The notes under the pieces: model-generated | What the model saw: the letters and a program-made list of their open reading frames with translations, nothing else | Database searches by the model: none | Told to the model about the DNA's origin: nothing | Assembly: GCA_029932605.1 (NCBI GenBank) | Contig: JAOZPT010000038.1 | Location: 1 to 25,820 of the forward strand | Source: Candidatus Zixiibacteriota bacterium | GTDB lineage: Bacteria; Zixibacteria; MSB-5A5; UBA10806; 4484-95 | Direction: 5' to 3' | DNA length: 25,820 bases | Position numbers and translations under genes: made by a program | Shown here: positions 9,962-19,454 of the stretch, one piece after another | How positions within the stretch are numbered: position 1 is the first letter of the stretch | How the letters are laid out: the number at the start of each line of letters is the position of its first letter

Positions 9962-11224
9962 CTATACTTCTTCGCGTTTTATATCAGCACCTAATCTTCG
10001 CAACTTTTCATCTATGTGTTCATATCCCCTATCGATATGATAAACTCTTAAAATCTCAGATCTTCCCGAAGCTGCCAGTGCCGCCACAACCAGGCCTGCT
10101 CCAGCTCTAATATCAGAGGCCATAACCGATGTGCCTTTTAACCGCTTTACACCTCTGACAACAGCCTCTTGACCTGCTACCCTGATATCGGCTCCCAAAC
10201 GGGTTAATTCCATGACATGACTAAACCTTTCAGTAAAAACCGTTTCCTTGATACGAGAAAGACCTTTATTGGTGCAACACATAGCCATAAATGATGCTTG
10301 AAGATCGGTAGGGAAACCGGGATAAGGGAAAGTCGTGATATCAACGGGATTTAAATTATTTTCGCAAGAGACAAAAAGAGCATCCTTTTGTGACTTTATC
10401 TTAATGCCCGTTTGGCGAAGTTTATCTATCACGATACCAAGATAATCCTCGCAGGCTGGTTTAATCAAAACCTTACCACCGGTGGCACCCACAGCAATCA
10501 TAAACGTGCCCGCTTCAAGGCGGTCAGCCATAACACTGTATTCCACCGAGTGGAGCCTTTTCACACCTTCAATCGTAATGACATTCGTACCAGCTCCATT
10601 TATTTTTGCTCCAGCACGATTTAAAAATCTTGCAACGTCGATAACCTCAGGATCACATGCAGCGTTTATTATAGTGGTTTTTCCTTTAGCCAGGCATGCA
10701 GCCATCAGAAGGTTTTCAGTGCCTGTATGCGAGGGCTGGTCAAAATGAATCACCGTCCCCCGGAGCCCCCTGCTGGTCGCCTTGATATAACCTTTATACT
10801 CGTTAATCTTGGCACCCATCTTGATAAAGGCTTTAATATGATAATCCACCGGCCGAGGGCCTAAAACACAACCACCGGGAAGAGATACGCGGGCTTCGTT
10901 AAATCTTGCCAGAAGCGGTCCCATCACTAAAAAAGACGCCCGCATTTTACGAACAAGATCGTAGGGCGCCTCATAACTTTTTATATCCGTCGCATCAATG
11001 GTGACCGTACCCTCTTTCTTATTGCGAATAGTTTTCACTCCAAGATTGTTTAAAACCTTTAAAATCGTATCTATATCAGCCAGGTCGGGAACATTTTTTA
11101 TAACCGTTTGTCCTTTTTCAATTAAAAGCCCGGCAACCAGAATTGGCAATGCCGCATTTTTAGAGCCCGATATTCTGACAGTACCATTTAGCTTTTTCCC
11201 GCCTTTAATAATAAACTTATCCAT
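9962..11224 (-). CDS. murA: UDP-N-acetylglucosamine 1-carboxyvinyltransferase
   Basis: SGSKNAALP, MRASFLVMGPLL, LPGGCVLGPRPVD (catalytic Cys), PYPGFPTDLQ, DIRAGA, HIDRGYE. Start ATG 11224 (MDKFII); TTG 11230 is an alternative. Confidence 0.98.
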   Translation of the reverse strand: MDKFIIKGGKKLNGTVRISGSKNAALPILVAGLLIEKGQTVIKNVPDLADIDTILKVLNNLGVKTIRNKKEGTVTIDATDIKSYEAPYDLVRKMRASFLVMGPLLARFNEARVSLPGGCVLGPRPVDYHIKAFIKMGAKINEYKGYIKATSRGLRGTVIHFDQPSHTGTENLLMAACLAKGKTTIINAACDPEVIDVARFLNRAGAKINGAGTNVITIEGVKRLHSVEYSVMADRLEAGTFMIAVGATGGKVLIKPACEDYLGIVIDKLRQTGIKIKSQKDALFVSCENNLNPVDITTFPYPGFPTDLQASFMAMCCTNKGLSRIKETVFTERFSHVMELTRLGADIRVAGQEAVVRGVKRLKGTSVMASDIRAGAGLVVAALAASGRSEILRVYHIDRGYEHIDEKLRRLGADIKREEV

Positions 11225-11285
11225 ATTCAACCTGCTCCCGAACCATTATTGTACTTCCCGAAAACCTCATATGATTCAAAAAAAA

Positions 11286-11314
11286 TTGCCTATTCCGGGA
11301 TAATCAATTATACT
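11286..11314 (+). promoter_or_regulatory. sigma70-type promoter of the lpxH-like gene
   Basis: TTGCCT (11286-11291), 17 nt, TATACT (11309-11314). Confidence 0.6.
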
Positions 11315-11335
11315 ATCATATCTTGCATATGTCAA
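11307..11335 (-). promoter_or_regulatory. Perfect-consensus sigma70 promoter of murA
   Basis: TTGACA (11335-11330), 17 nt, TATAAT (11312-11307). Confidence 0.85.
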
Positions 11336-12120
11336 ATAAACAGAAAAATAAAAAGCCGATAAATCCTCCCAATAACGAAAAAGAACATCAAAAACTCCAC
11401 CATAAAAATCTCTGGCAACCGGTTTATTTCATGTCCGATGCCCACCTGTCGTTTGACAATCCCAGCACTGAGAAACTTATTGTCAGATTTTTCGATGAAA
11501 TAAAACATAAGGCCAGCCATCTGTATATATTGGGAGACCTCTTCGATTTCTGGTTCGAATATAAATATGCCATACCAGCCTCATATCTAAAGACACTTTC
11601 CGGCCTTTTAGGTTTAACCGAAAAAGGCGTTCAGGTAATATATCTTCCAGGTAATCACGATTTCTGGCTTGGCAAATATCTCGAAAGCCAAGTAGGAATC
11701 AAGATCGTAGATGAACATCTCGATGTCGTCCATCATGGTAAAAAAATTCATTTGATTCATGGTGATGGCTTAGCCTACGAGGATTATGGTTACCGCCTGT
11801 TAAAAAAAATATTTCGTTTCAAACCAAATATCTGGCTATATAAGCTTTTACCCGTAAATATAGCTTATAAGCTGGCTTTAAGTACATCAGGAGCTTCACG
11901 ACGATACACCTCTGGTAAGAGAAATGACTTACTCGGGTATTACGATTATGCTACCACCAAGATAAAATCCGGTTTCGATGTAGTAATTATGGGACACACA
12001 CATATCCCGGAAATTAAAAAAATCGATTCAGGTTTATATATCAACAGCGGTGACTGGATCAAACATTACAGCTATGTGGTGTTGAAAGAAGGGAATTTCG
12101 AACTGCGGTATTTTAAATAA
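11329..12120 (+). CDS. lpxH: UDP-2,3-diacylglucosamine diphosphatase (LpxH-like metallophosphoesterase)
   Basis: SDAHL, LGDLFDFW, PGNHDFW, IHGD, MGHTH, NSGDW motifs. Start uncertain (TTG 11323 or ATG 11329). Confidence 0.8.
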   Translation: MSNKQKNKKPINPPNNEKEHQKLHHKNLWQPVYFMSDAHLSFDNPSTEKLIVRFFDEIKHKASHLYILGDLFDFWFEYKYAIPASYLKTLSGLLGLTEKGVQVIYLPGNHDFWLGKYLESQVGIKIVDEHLDVVHHGKKIHLIHGDGLAYEDYGYRLLKKIFRFKPNIWLYKLLPVNIAYKLALSTSGASRRYTSGKRNDLLGYYDYATTKIKSGFDVVIMGHTHIPEIKKIDSGLYINSGDWIKHYSYVVLKEGNFELRYFK

Positions 12121-12156
12121 AATGCCCGGGAAGTTTTTAATCTAAGGATGTAAGAA

Positions 12157-12578
12157 ATGGCAAAAATAGTAAAAAAAGTTACTGGATATTCTGGAGGTAG
12201 AGAAGGCAGGTTAAACAGTTTTGGAATTTTCTTTCTCATTGTAGAAATTATTTGTTTTATTTTGTGTTTTATAAAATCTGGTGATGTAACAAAAACAACA
12301 TGTAGTGATAGTTGGGGAGAAAGAGGACTTTCATCAACCTGGATTGCCATAGGAATCGTAAACTTAATTTAGGGAATTATGCTTTTACCATCTTTAGAGC
12401 AGGTTCTGAAATAATTAGGCTATTAAAAAAATTAAATGGTTTAAAATACGGAGGTAATATTTCCGAGGCAGAAAAGATAATTAAACTTAGATGTTCTGAA
12501 TGCGGAGCTAAGGCACATCCATTTGATACTGAATGTGATAATTGCGGTAAAGAATTTGAAACTCATAAGGAAGAATAA
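12157..12578 (+). pseudogene. Frameshifted gene for a small two-TM protein with C-terminal zinc ribbon
   Basis: The first frame ends at TAG 12370-12372 inside the second hydrophobic helix (WIAIGIVNLI*). An overlapping frame continues FTIFRAGSEIIRLLKKLNG...CSECG...CDNCG. Locally AT-rich. Confidence 0.6.
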
Positions 12579-12725
12579 GCGTTACCTTATACAATATATT
12601 ACTTCTTCAAGAATCACAGTTCCCGAAACACAAGATCAGTAGCTCGGTCATCCTTCCCAAGGATCGTCTCTTTGATGTATTTACCGTGGTGTTGTCATTA
12701 AACTACAATTTACTCATAAAATCCA

Positions 12726-13007
12726 TTAAATCAAATCATACAATTCCTCTAAAGGCATGATAGGCCAAGTTTCACATTCAAAGGACCCCATTGCCCCAAT
12801 CATTGCTGAAAGCTCAAAAGCGGTTTCAAGGTTAGATGCCTCTGTAATAAACAGGTAATCGTAATAACCCATAACCGCATAAGCATTGATCACTCTGGCT
12901 TCTTTAGCCTTAAATAAGTTGCTGAGGTCAATAAACTTCTGCTTCAGTTCCTTAATGTTCTTTTTGATCTCCATGGTGCCTTTTGCCATAACCACAAATT
13001 TAGGCAT
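12726..13007 (-). CDS. GYD-domain protein
   Basis: 93 aa; MPKFVVMAKGT...YAVMGYYDYLFITEA...G..ECETWP pattern; GGAGAGGA Shine-Dalgarno. Confidence 0.8.
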   Translation of the reverse strand: MPKFVVMAKGTMEIKKNIKELKQKFIDLSNLFKAKEARVINAYAVMGYYDYLFITEASNLETAFELSAMIGAMGSFECETWPIMPLEELYDLI

Positions 13008-13047
13008 AATTCCTCTCCCTTTCTATGATATCCTGAAGTTTTTAACA

Positions 13048-13116
13048 GCCAGAAGTTACCTCCGAGGATTTTAAAAAATGAAAAAACTTGGAAAATCACC
13101 AAAGGCAACTTCCGGC
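13048..13116 (-). other. Long RNA hairpin in the leader of the GYD gene
   Basis: GCCGGAAGTTGCCTTTGG pairs with TCGGAGGTAACTTCTGGC (18 bp, 5 G-U), then one mismatch, GATTTT/AAAATC, and a U-rich loop. Confidence 0.75.
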
Positions 13117-13172
13117 ATAATTCAATCACCCAAAATATAATACTTTTTTCGACAATTCCAAATATTACATCA

Positions 13173-15809
13173 TTACTTCTTTGCTACTCTTAAATTTCTT
13201 TCAATACCAGCCTTCAAAGCGGCATCTATGCGTGCCTTCGATTCCTCAAGATGAGCTCTCGTGTAAATATCAAGATTAGGATTGGCCAGAGCCTTGGGAA
13301 TCGCTCCTTGCAATACTTTCAGGTCATTTCTTGCTAATGTCTTGGCATCCTCGGGAATACCCGACTTCTCCTCCAACGTCAGGCTGATAATCTTATTAAG
13401 GTGATAACGTTGTAACGGTCTCCTGAAACTATTTATGTTTTTCTTTGTAACTATCTCATGCCATACTGCTCGCCTGAGATCAGTAAACATATTAGCCATT
13501 GTGTATTTTGCCTCTTTCGGTCCATAATGAAGTTCAATATCCTGGAGGCGAGACAACGTTATCGGGTCAAACAACCTGTCAATTGGCTCTTTTTGCAATG
13601 AAATTACTCTATCATGAATCGGATAATCAACTCGCTTTACTTTACCGGCAGACCAGCCAAAATCCTCCAACCTTTCGGGTTGAAGTTTGTTTAACAACGA
13701 AGCGGGAAAATTGAATGCATCAGGAGCAAAGATATACTCCCTCAAAAACTGCATTGCTTCTTTCTGTTTTTCTGCAGCCACAGGTTTAAAAGGTATCCTG
13801 CCATTTGGGTCGCCAACATGGTCATTATAACGATAAATACCGCCAATGAATTTAGGAACAATCCTTGAGGCATAATAATACGATCTCCAGCCCCGGTTAA
13901 ACGCTGCCAGCAGTTTCTGATAGCGATTCCCCGGCTTTTCAAATTTCTCCTCAATCTTGCTCCATAACTCCTTGGTTAAAGCAATCTCGTCTTTGAGAAA
14001 AGCAATGGGGTCGGAACTCATATCAAACATATTGCAAAGAGGGTCTATTCCTATCATAGAATTACCAAACACATCTTCATCGGTGCCGTAGATTAAAAGC
14101 GGGTCAGCACATCGCGAGGCTATTTTTTCAAGCTCGGGTAATTCCTCCTCTGGAGTGTCGGCTTTTATTGGTTTATAACCATATTCGATAGCCCAGTAAT
14201 CATAAGGCCCGGGAGTGGAATGAAAAAATTCACCTTGTTCAACTCCTTTGGGTGCTATATTAGCCGGGTTGTAATCCATAACAGAGCCGGTAACACCCAT
14301 CTTCTCCGTTATGCTTTTATTATTGCGGTCAATATTACTGTGAATCGTAGAAGCTTTGAAATTATGCCTTAGACCAAGTGTATGCCCTACTTCATGCGCC
14401 ACCAAATCAATAATATAAGCTTTCACAAACTCCTTGGTTATTTCATTCTCATCATCGAAATCGTTTCGGGCTAAAAGAAGGCTCATTTCAAAAGCGGCAT
14501 TCTTTGCGGATTCCTCAGCGTAATTACAAAAACGGGGATTATCAAATGCGTTTCCGTACTGGTTAAATGATTCGTTTGATTTACCTGTAACAGGGTCCAC
14601 ATAATACTCGGAATAATAATACATCCAGCGGATGAAATCGACACACACCCGAACATCGGCATCGTAAATCTGACCCGTAAACGGATTTGTACGTGAGGGA
14701 CCAACCGCATAAGCCATACCTGGAAAAACAACCCAGCGAATAGTGTTGTATCGAACATCAGCTGGGTCCCAGCTGGCTGTATCCGGCATCTGTTTGACAA
14801 CAATAGCATCTTTAAAACCGATTTTCTCAAATGCTTTGTTCCACATCAATACACCTTGCTCTACGTATGGACGATATTCCTCAGGAATCGTGTTCTCAAG
14901 CCAGAACACAATCGGTTCTTTTGGTAAAGAAATCTCGGCCTCAGGGTCGGCTTTTTGCAGGTTCCAGCGGTTTATATATCGGACGTATGGCGTTTCCCGG
15001 TCAAGGTTGGTGTAATCCTGGTAAAGCGTCTGGAAATAACCAATCCGGTCGTCTGCCAGACGAGGCATATAATCGGTTTCGGGAAGCGTAGAAATAGAGA
15101 AATGGTAGGTATGAAACATACTGTATGGGCTTGGAAAGGTCACAGCATCATTGGGCTTTTTAGTTTTAAAATGATATATAACGTCGATCTCGCTGTTAAA
15201 TGGAAAAGATTTGATTACACCAAAATAGCTATTTTCTTTATCAAAAGAATATTCAAGCTTCCTTTTTTTGCCGAGAAAATAACCGATATTGGGAAGATCT
15301 CGAATGAAAAATTCAGATGGATCAACCAAGAGTGCTTTGGTCTCTTTTTCAGGTAATGACTCAATCTTAGCCACACCGAACAAAGAGTTACACACTCCCC
15401 GCTGGATTGCCCGGGATAAAGTTGAAGATGTATCCGCCCTGAAAAGAATATTTTTCTCCACCATTTGAATCTTCTCTCCAACCCTTTTTAACTCAAATAG
15501 AAACTCACCATAATCAGCACCGTTATCATAGAATGTTCCATCACCAGCTGACCTGGTCATATTGCACATGAATAATTCGTTCAACTGCTCAGGCTTTATC
15601 TCCATGTAAACCTTGCCCTCATCAGTTTTAACATAGAAAGTAAACAGTCCCTCGATCTTTTGGAAATCCTTGATAACCTCCTCAAAAGGCTTACCTTTCT
15701 TTTCACCCTCATCCTTTGATTTCTTCTTCTTGGCCTGCAAATCCTGCATCGGGATAATGATGAACAGAACAATTAACAGCGCCAATGGAGTTTTTAAGAT
15801 TCTTAACAT
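13173..15809 (-). CDS. Exported zinc-dependent metalloprotease, metzincin of EcxA / DUF5117-DUF5118 type
   Basis: Signal peptide; MPRLADDRIGYF, YINRWNL, WNKAFEKIGF, AHEVGHTLGLRHNF (HExxHxxGxxH), Met-turn SVMDY, GPYDYWAIEYGY; GGAGGA Shine-Dalgarno. Confidence 0.9.
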   Translation of the reverse strand: MLRILKTPLALLIVLFIIIPMQDLQAKKKKSKDEGEKKGKPFEEVIKDFQKIEGLFTFYVKTDEGKVYMEIKPEQLNELFMCNMTRSAGDGTFYDNGADYGEFLFELKRVGEKIQMVEKNILFRADTSSTLSRAIQRGVCNSLFGVAKIESLPEKETKALLVDPSEFFIRDLPNIGYFLGKKRKLEYSFDKENSYFGVIKSFPFNSEIDVIYHFKTKKPNDAVTFPSPYSMFHTYHFSISTLPETDYMPRLADDRIGYFQTLYQDYTNLDRETPYVRYINRWNLQKADPEAEISLPKEPIVFWLENTIPEEYRPYVEQGVLMWNKAFEKIGFKDAIVVKQMPDTASWDPADVRYNTIRWVVFPGMAYAVGPSRTNPFTGQIYDADVRVCVDFIRWMYYYSEYYVDPVTGKSNESFNQYGNAFDNPRFCNYAEESAKNAAFEMSLLLARNDFDDENEITKEFVKAYIIDLVAHEVGHTLGLRHNFKASTIHSNIDRNNKSITEKMGVTGSVMDYNPANIAPKGVEQGEFFHSTPGPYDYWAIEYGYKPIKADTPEEELPELEKIASRCADPLLIYGTDEDVFGNSMIGIDPLCNMFDMSSDPIAFLKDEIALTKELWSKIEEKFEKPGNRYQKLLAAFNRGWRSYYYASRIVPKFIGGIYRYNDHVGDPNGRIPFKPVAAEKQKEAMQFLREYIFAPDAFNFPASLLNKLQPERLEDFGWSAGKVKRVDYPIHDRVISLQKEPIDRLFDPITLSRLQDIELHYGPKEAKYTMANMFTDLRRAVWHEIVTKKNINSFRRPLQRYHLNKIISLTLEEKSGIPEDAKTLARNDLKVLQGAIPKALANPNLDIYTRAHLEESKARIDAALKAGIERNLRVAKK

Positions 15810-15974
15810 CGTTCCTCCATGCTTGATATTAAATATTATATGAAAAACCTGAAAATAAAAAAGCCAACATCATAATGTTATAAAAAGTAATATTTGAACT
15901 TATATAACGCAAATAAAATATTAAAAAATGACTTTGATTATTAACCGAATTATTAAAAATCTAGGAAACAACCA

Positions 15975-16002
15975 TTGACATATCGAGATTAATATATATA
16001 CT
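15975..16002 (+). promoter_or_regulatory. sigma70-type promoter of the TPR gene
   Basis: TTGACA (15975-15980), 16 nt, TATACT (15997-16002). Confidence 0.6.
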
Positions 16003-16105
16003 CAATATGTTTATATTGCTTTTTGAATGTGAAATGGATAATGGAAAGGTCGCTAAATCATACTCCCCTTCAATAAAGTATCCAATTTTATCAGGAGATT
16101 AGTCG

Positions 16106-16672
16106 ATGGATAAACAAAAACAGAAACTGGCATTGTTTACAAGCATTTTTATCATCTCTGCCATTATAATTCTTCTTCTTATAAACAACCAACAAAGACC
16201 GTCCCTAATGCCTGAAAACGGTTTTTCAGATGTATTTCATGATAGCTCAGCTTTGATTGAAGAAATCGACCAGTTGAAAAGCCAGCTGAAAGACAACCCC
16301 GACAACTACGACATACTCGCTCAAATCGGCAATCACTATTTCGACCTAAACCAGCCAAAAAACGCCATTGAATATTATGAGAGAGCCTTAAAAATAAAAC
16401 CTGATAACCCCCCTGTTTTGACGGATTGTGCTGTTATGTACAGCCAGCTCGGATATAACGATAAAGCTCTTGAATATCTTGATACAGCTATCGCCCTCAA
16501 ACCAGATTTAGCTCAGGCCTATATCAATAAAGGAGTGATACTGATGACAATTAAAAACGACGTCGGAGAAGCGGTAGCGGTCTGGAAAAAGTTTATCGAG
16601 ATAGCCCCTGAATCCGAACACGCCAACTTTCTGCGACAACAAATCGAAGCTATCGAATCAAATCAAGAGTAA
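16106..16672 (+). CDS. Membrane-anchored tetratricopeptide repeat protein
   Basis: N-terminal TM helix; three TPR units (AIEYYERALKIKPDN, ALEYLDTAIALKPDL, AVAVWKKFIEIAPES); AGGAG Shine-Dalgarno. Confidence 0.9.
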   Translation: MDKQKQKLALFTSIFIISAIIILLLINNQQRPSLMPENGFSDVFHDSSALIEEIDQLKSQLKDNPDNYDILAQIGNHYFDLNQPKNAIEYYERALKIKPDNPPVLTDCAVMYSQLGYNDKALEYLDTAIALKPDLAQAYINKGVILMTIKNDVGEAVAVWKKFIEIAPESEHANFLRQQIEAIESNQE

Positions 16673-16791
16673 CAATAAAAACATCTTACGCCAAAATTAA
16701 AAGCAAAATCCCTGGCAACAAAAAAGGCTTTTGTTTGTATAAAGGAGTTGTTATATTAGTCGAAAATGTTATTGTAGCGAAAGGAAAAACG

Positions 16792-17943
16792 ATGAAAACA
16801 ATACTCTTAATTACGATTTTAGCAGGAACTTTAATATTCCTTAGCTGTGGTAATAATGATGAAAATGTTGCGCCGGAAGATATAATTGTGATGGTATCCC
16901 CGGCATCTACTACTATCAGTTTTGGTGATTCCGTAAAATTTACCGCTGAGGTTTTTAATACTCCCAATAGCGCAGTAACCTGGCATGTAAATGATATACT
17001 CGGTGGCAATGACTCCCTCGGTACCATAGACACAACCGGTCTTTATATATCCCCTCCATCATACTTCGATTCAGTTACATTCGACATGGTTACAATCAAG
17101 GCTATCAGCCAGGCAGATACCAGCAAATCCGATACAAGTTCTGTTATAATTCTGGACCCCGATTTTATCTTCGTCGATTCAACTATAGGCGATGACGTAA
17201 CGGGTATCGGCTCAATATTACATCCATTCAGGACAATAACAAAAGGGATTGAGGAAGCAACTATTGATCAGACTGTCCATGTAGGTAAAGGCACATATCA
17301 TGAGAACGAAAACTTCCCGTTGACACCCAAGTATAAAGTCACAATTAAAGGTGTCGGACCTGATAGTACTCTTATTTTAGCTCCTACAGGACAAGATATC
17401 GAGAACGCTGCTTTTGAAATACGATACGATCTTTCTGTGATAGATTCCCTTTCAATTATTGGTTCAGACCACTCGGGTATAGGTATCCATTTCTCCTCCG
17501 ATAGCATCTCAGTCGAACTTGCATTACGCAATTGTAAGATCGATAATTGTTACATCGCTGCCGTGTCAACTGGTCCCTCAAGGGATATAAGATTCGAAAA
17601 CAATGAGGTGACTAATTCCACCTATGGCCTTTTAGCTACCGACAGCGGTTATTTCCTTATACGAAATTCCACTTTTGACAATATCGACTCCATTGGAGTC
17701 AAGATAGACCAAAATGCTTATGCAAATCTGGGTGATCCCCCCGAAAATCTATGGGGTCACAATACCTTCTCAAGTTGTGGACAGTGGTGTTTATATAATT
17801 TATACCAGGACTCCATATTCGCTATTGGCAACACATGGCCAGCTGGAGATTCGGCATCAATAGATGATTTGATTTATGACGATGACCCTGATGAAAGTAA
17901 CGGAACAAGTGGGCCGGTAATATTCGTCCCCTTCAACCCATAA
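16792..17943 (+). CDS. Lipoprotein with Ig-like domain and DUF1565-like right-handed beta-helix
   Basis: Start at ATG 16792 (MKTILL...IFLSC lipobox); VSPASTTISFGDSVKFTA...VTW...GTIDTTGLY (Ig-like); FVDSTIGDD...GSILHPFRTITKGI...VHVGKGTY, then Asn-rich beta-helix coils. Confidence 0.75.
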   Translation: MKTILLITILAGTLIFLSCGNNDENVAPEDIIVMVSPASTTISFGDSVKFTAEVFNTPNSAVTWHVNDILGGNDSLGTIDTTGLYISPPSYFDSVTFDMVTIKAISQADTSKSDTSSVIILDPDFIFVDSTIGDDVTGIGSILHPFRTITKGIEEATIDQTVHVGKGTYHENENFPLTPKYKVTIKGVGPDSTLILAPTGQDIENAAFEIRYDLSVIDSLSIIGSDHSGIGIHFSSDSISVELALRNCKIDNCYIAAVSTGPSRDIRFENNEVTNSTYGLLATDSGYFLIRNSTFDNIDSIGVKIDQNAYANLGDPPENLWGHNTFSSCGQWCLYNLYQDSIFAIGNTWPAGDSASIDDLIYDDDPDESNGTSGPVIFVPFNP

Positions 17944-17964
17944 ATAATATGTTATAGTAAAATA

Positions 17965-19281
17965 TTAGGCCAGGCGGCCCAGCCTGGCCTTTACTTTTTT
18001 CTCTATATCTAAAATACGGGAACGACCATAATATGATATAGTCTTAAACTCTGGTAACTCCTTAGCCTCCTCTAAAACCGCACTGATTAAATCAACGGAT
18101 TCCGAAATAATTCTTACCGATTCAGCAATCTTTCCACCCGGATCGGAAATCTTTTGCTTCTTAAGAAAATGGTCTATTATCTGGGCTCTGCCGATGATAG
18201 CGGTAGTGGCATTGTTAATAAAATGAGAAAAAGTAGCCAGAACGGTCTCTAAAGCATCCAGAGCTGCCCTGTTTTTCTCCTGTTCCAAAATTTTTGCGTT
18301 CAGTTTTTCGTTTTCAATGATGGCTTTCTCATATAGCTCATAGAGCTTGCCAAGTTCGGTATTGGCTTTTGTCAGAAGTGTTAAAGGATCGCTTATATCA
18401 ATATCCAGAAATGAAGCTATCGTTATCACCCTATCCTGAACCTCAGCCAAAATCTTACAGGTCGAATCCGTATCAATCCCCATATCCGAAACCATCTGGT
18501 ATCGCTGTTCAACCACCTTAGCAGAGATATTTTCAACAACATCAATTCCCTTACGACAAAAACGATGGGCAAGGTTAACAATCCGCCATATTTCAACCTC
18601 CAGGTTGTTTGTTGGAAGTAAATCCTGGCGATGATGATTAGCTATACTTTCGCCGAAGATTACCGGGAGATTCCATACGGCTACAATCTTTGCCCCTATC
18701 TCAGAATGGGTCATACCAATAATTTCCCTTTCGGTATCCTCAAGGAAACCATCACCATCTTTTGACTTTAATACTTTGCTATAATCCTCAGTGAACTCCT
18801 GGATTAAAAACAGTATCCCTAAATCATGCAACATTCCACAAGCAAATGCCTCCTCCGGCTGACAACCTCCAATTTTCTCAGCCAACAGGCTTGATATAAC
18901 CGCAACCTCAAGATTATGACGCCAAAACTCCTTCAAATCTATAAGCCGTGAAAATCTCTTGCTATAAGCAACATCGAATAATGATACCGAAAGAGCCAAC
19001 GCCTTCACCGCTTTCGTTCCCAAAACCGCTACAGCCTGGTCAATAGTTTTGACATCCAATTGCCTTTTGTAAAACGCCGAATTCGCCACCCTCAACACAC
19101 GAGCGGTCAAGGAGATATCCTGGCCTATAATCTCTGCAATAATCCCCGGGTTAGACTCATCGTCCTCCAGCTTCTTAATAAGAGCCTCCAGGACTGGAGG
19201 AATTGTATGAAGTTTTGCAAATTTGCATATTTTTGATTGTATTCTATCCATCCTGTAATCCCTTATCTTTAATATCGTCAT
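17965..19281 (-). CDS. HDOD-domain signalling protein with C-terminal coiled coil and HisKA-like helix
   Basis: QDISLTARVLRVANSAFY, FWRHNL, AFACGMLHDLG, HSEIGA, WNLP, HH (HDOD); C-terminal ATFSHFINNATTAIIGRAQ. Start could be 19281 or 19251. Confidence 0.88.
   Translation of the reverse strand: MTILKIRDYRMDRIQSKICKFAKLHTIPPVLEALIKKLEDDESNPGIIAEIIGQDISLTARVLRVANSAFYKRQLDVKTIDQAVAVLGTKAVKALALSVSLFDVAYSKRFSRLIDLKEFWRHNLEVAVISSLLAEKIGGCQPEEAFACGMLHDLGILFLIQEFTEDYSKVLKSKDGDGFLEDTEREIIGMTHSEIGAKIVAVWNLPVIFGESIANHHRQDLLPTNNLEVEIWRIVNLAHRFCRKGIDVVENISAKVVEQRYQMVSDMGIDTDSTCKILAEVQDRVITIASFLDIDISDPLTLLTKANTELGKLYELYEKAIIENEKLNAKILEQEKNRAALDALETVLATFSHFINNATTAIIGRAQIIDHFLKKQKISDPGGKIAESVRIISESVDLISAVLEEAKELPEFKTISYYGRSRILDIEKKVKARLGRLA
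17967..18000 (+). terminator. Intrinsic terminator for the lipoprotein gene, embedded in the last codons of the convergent HDOD gene
   Basis: AGGCCAGGC-GGCCCA-GCCTGGCCT perfect 9-bp stem followed by TTACTTTTTT, 24 nt after the stop at 17943. Confidence 0.65.
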
Positions 19282-19454
19282 CAGCTTTTGCTATGATATT
19301 TTTTTAAACGATAATCACAGGGAATAATTTTAAGGCGCTAAATATTGAAACAGGTGCGATAATTCTCTTTCCAGTCTTAACTTACAGCCAACCAGTGTGA
19401 ATAAAATAAAGCGTTACTAACCCTATTAATTCCCTTAAATACAAAAAGGTCTCT

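Noticed and set aside
12944..13129. 61-aa ORF over the GYD leader
   Set aside because: It overlaps the GYD start out of frame, and the region is better explained by the RNA hairpin.
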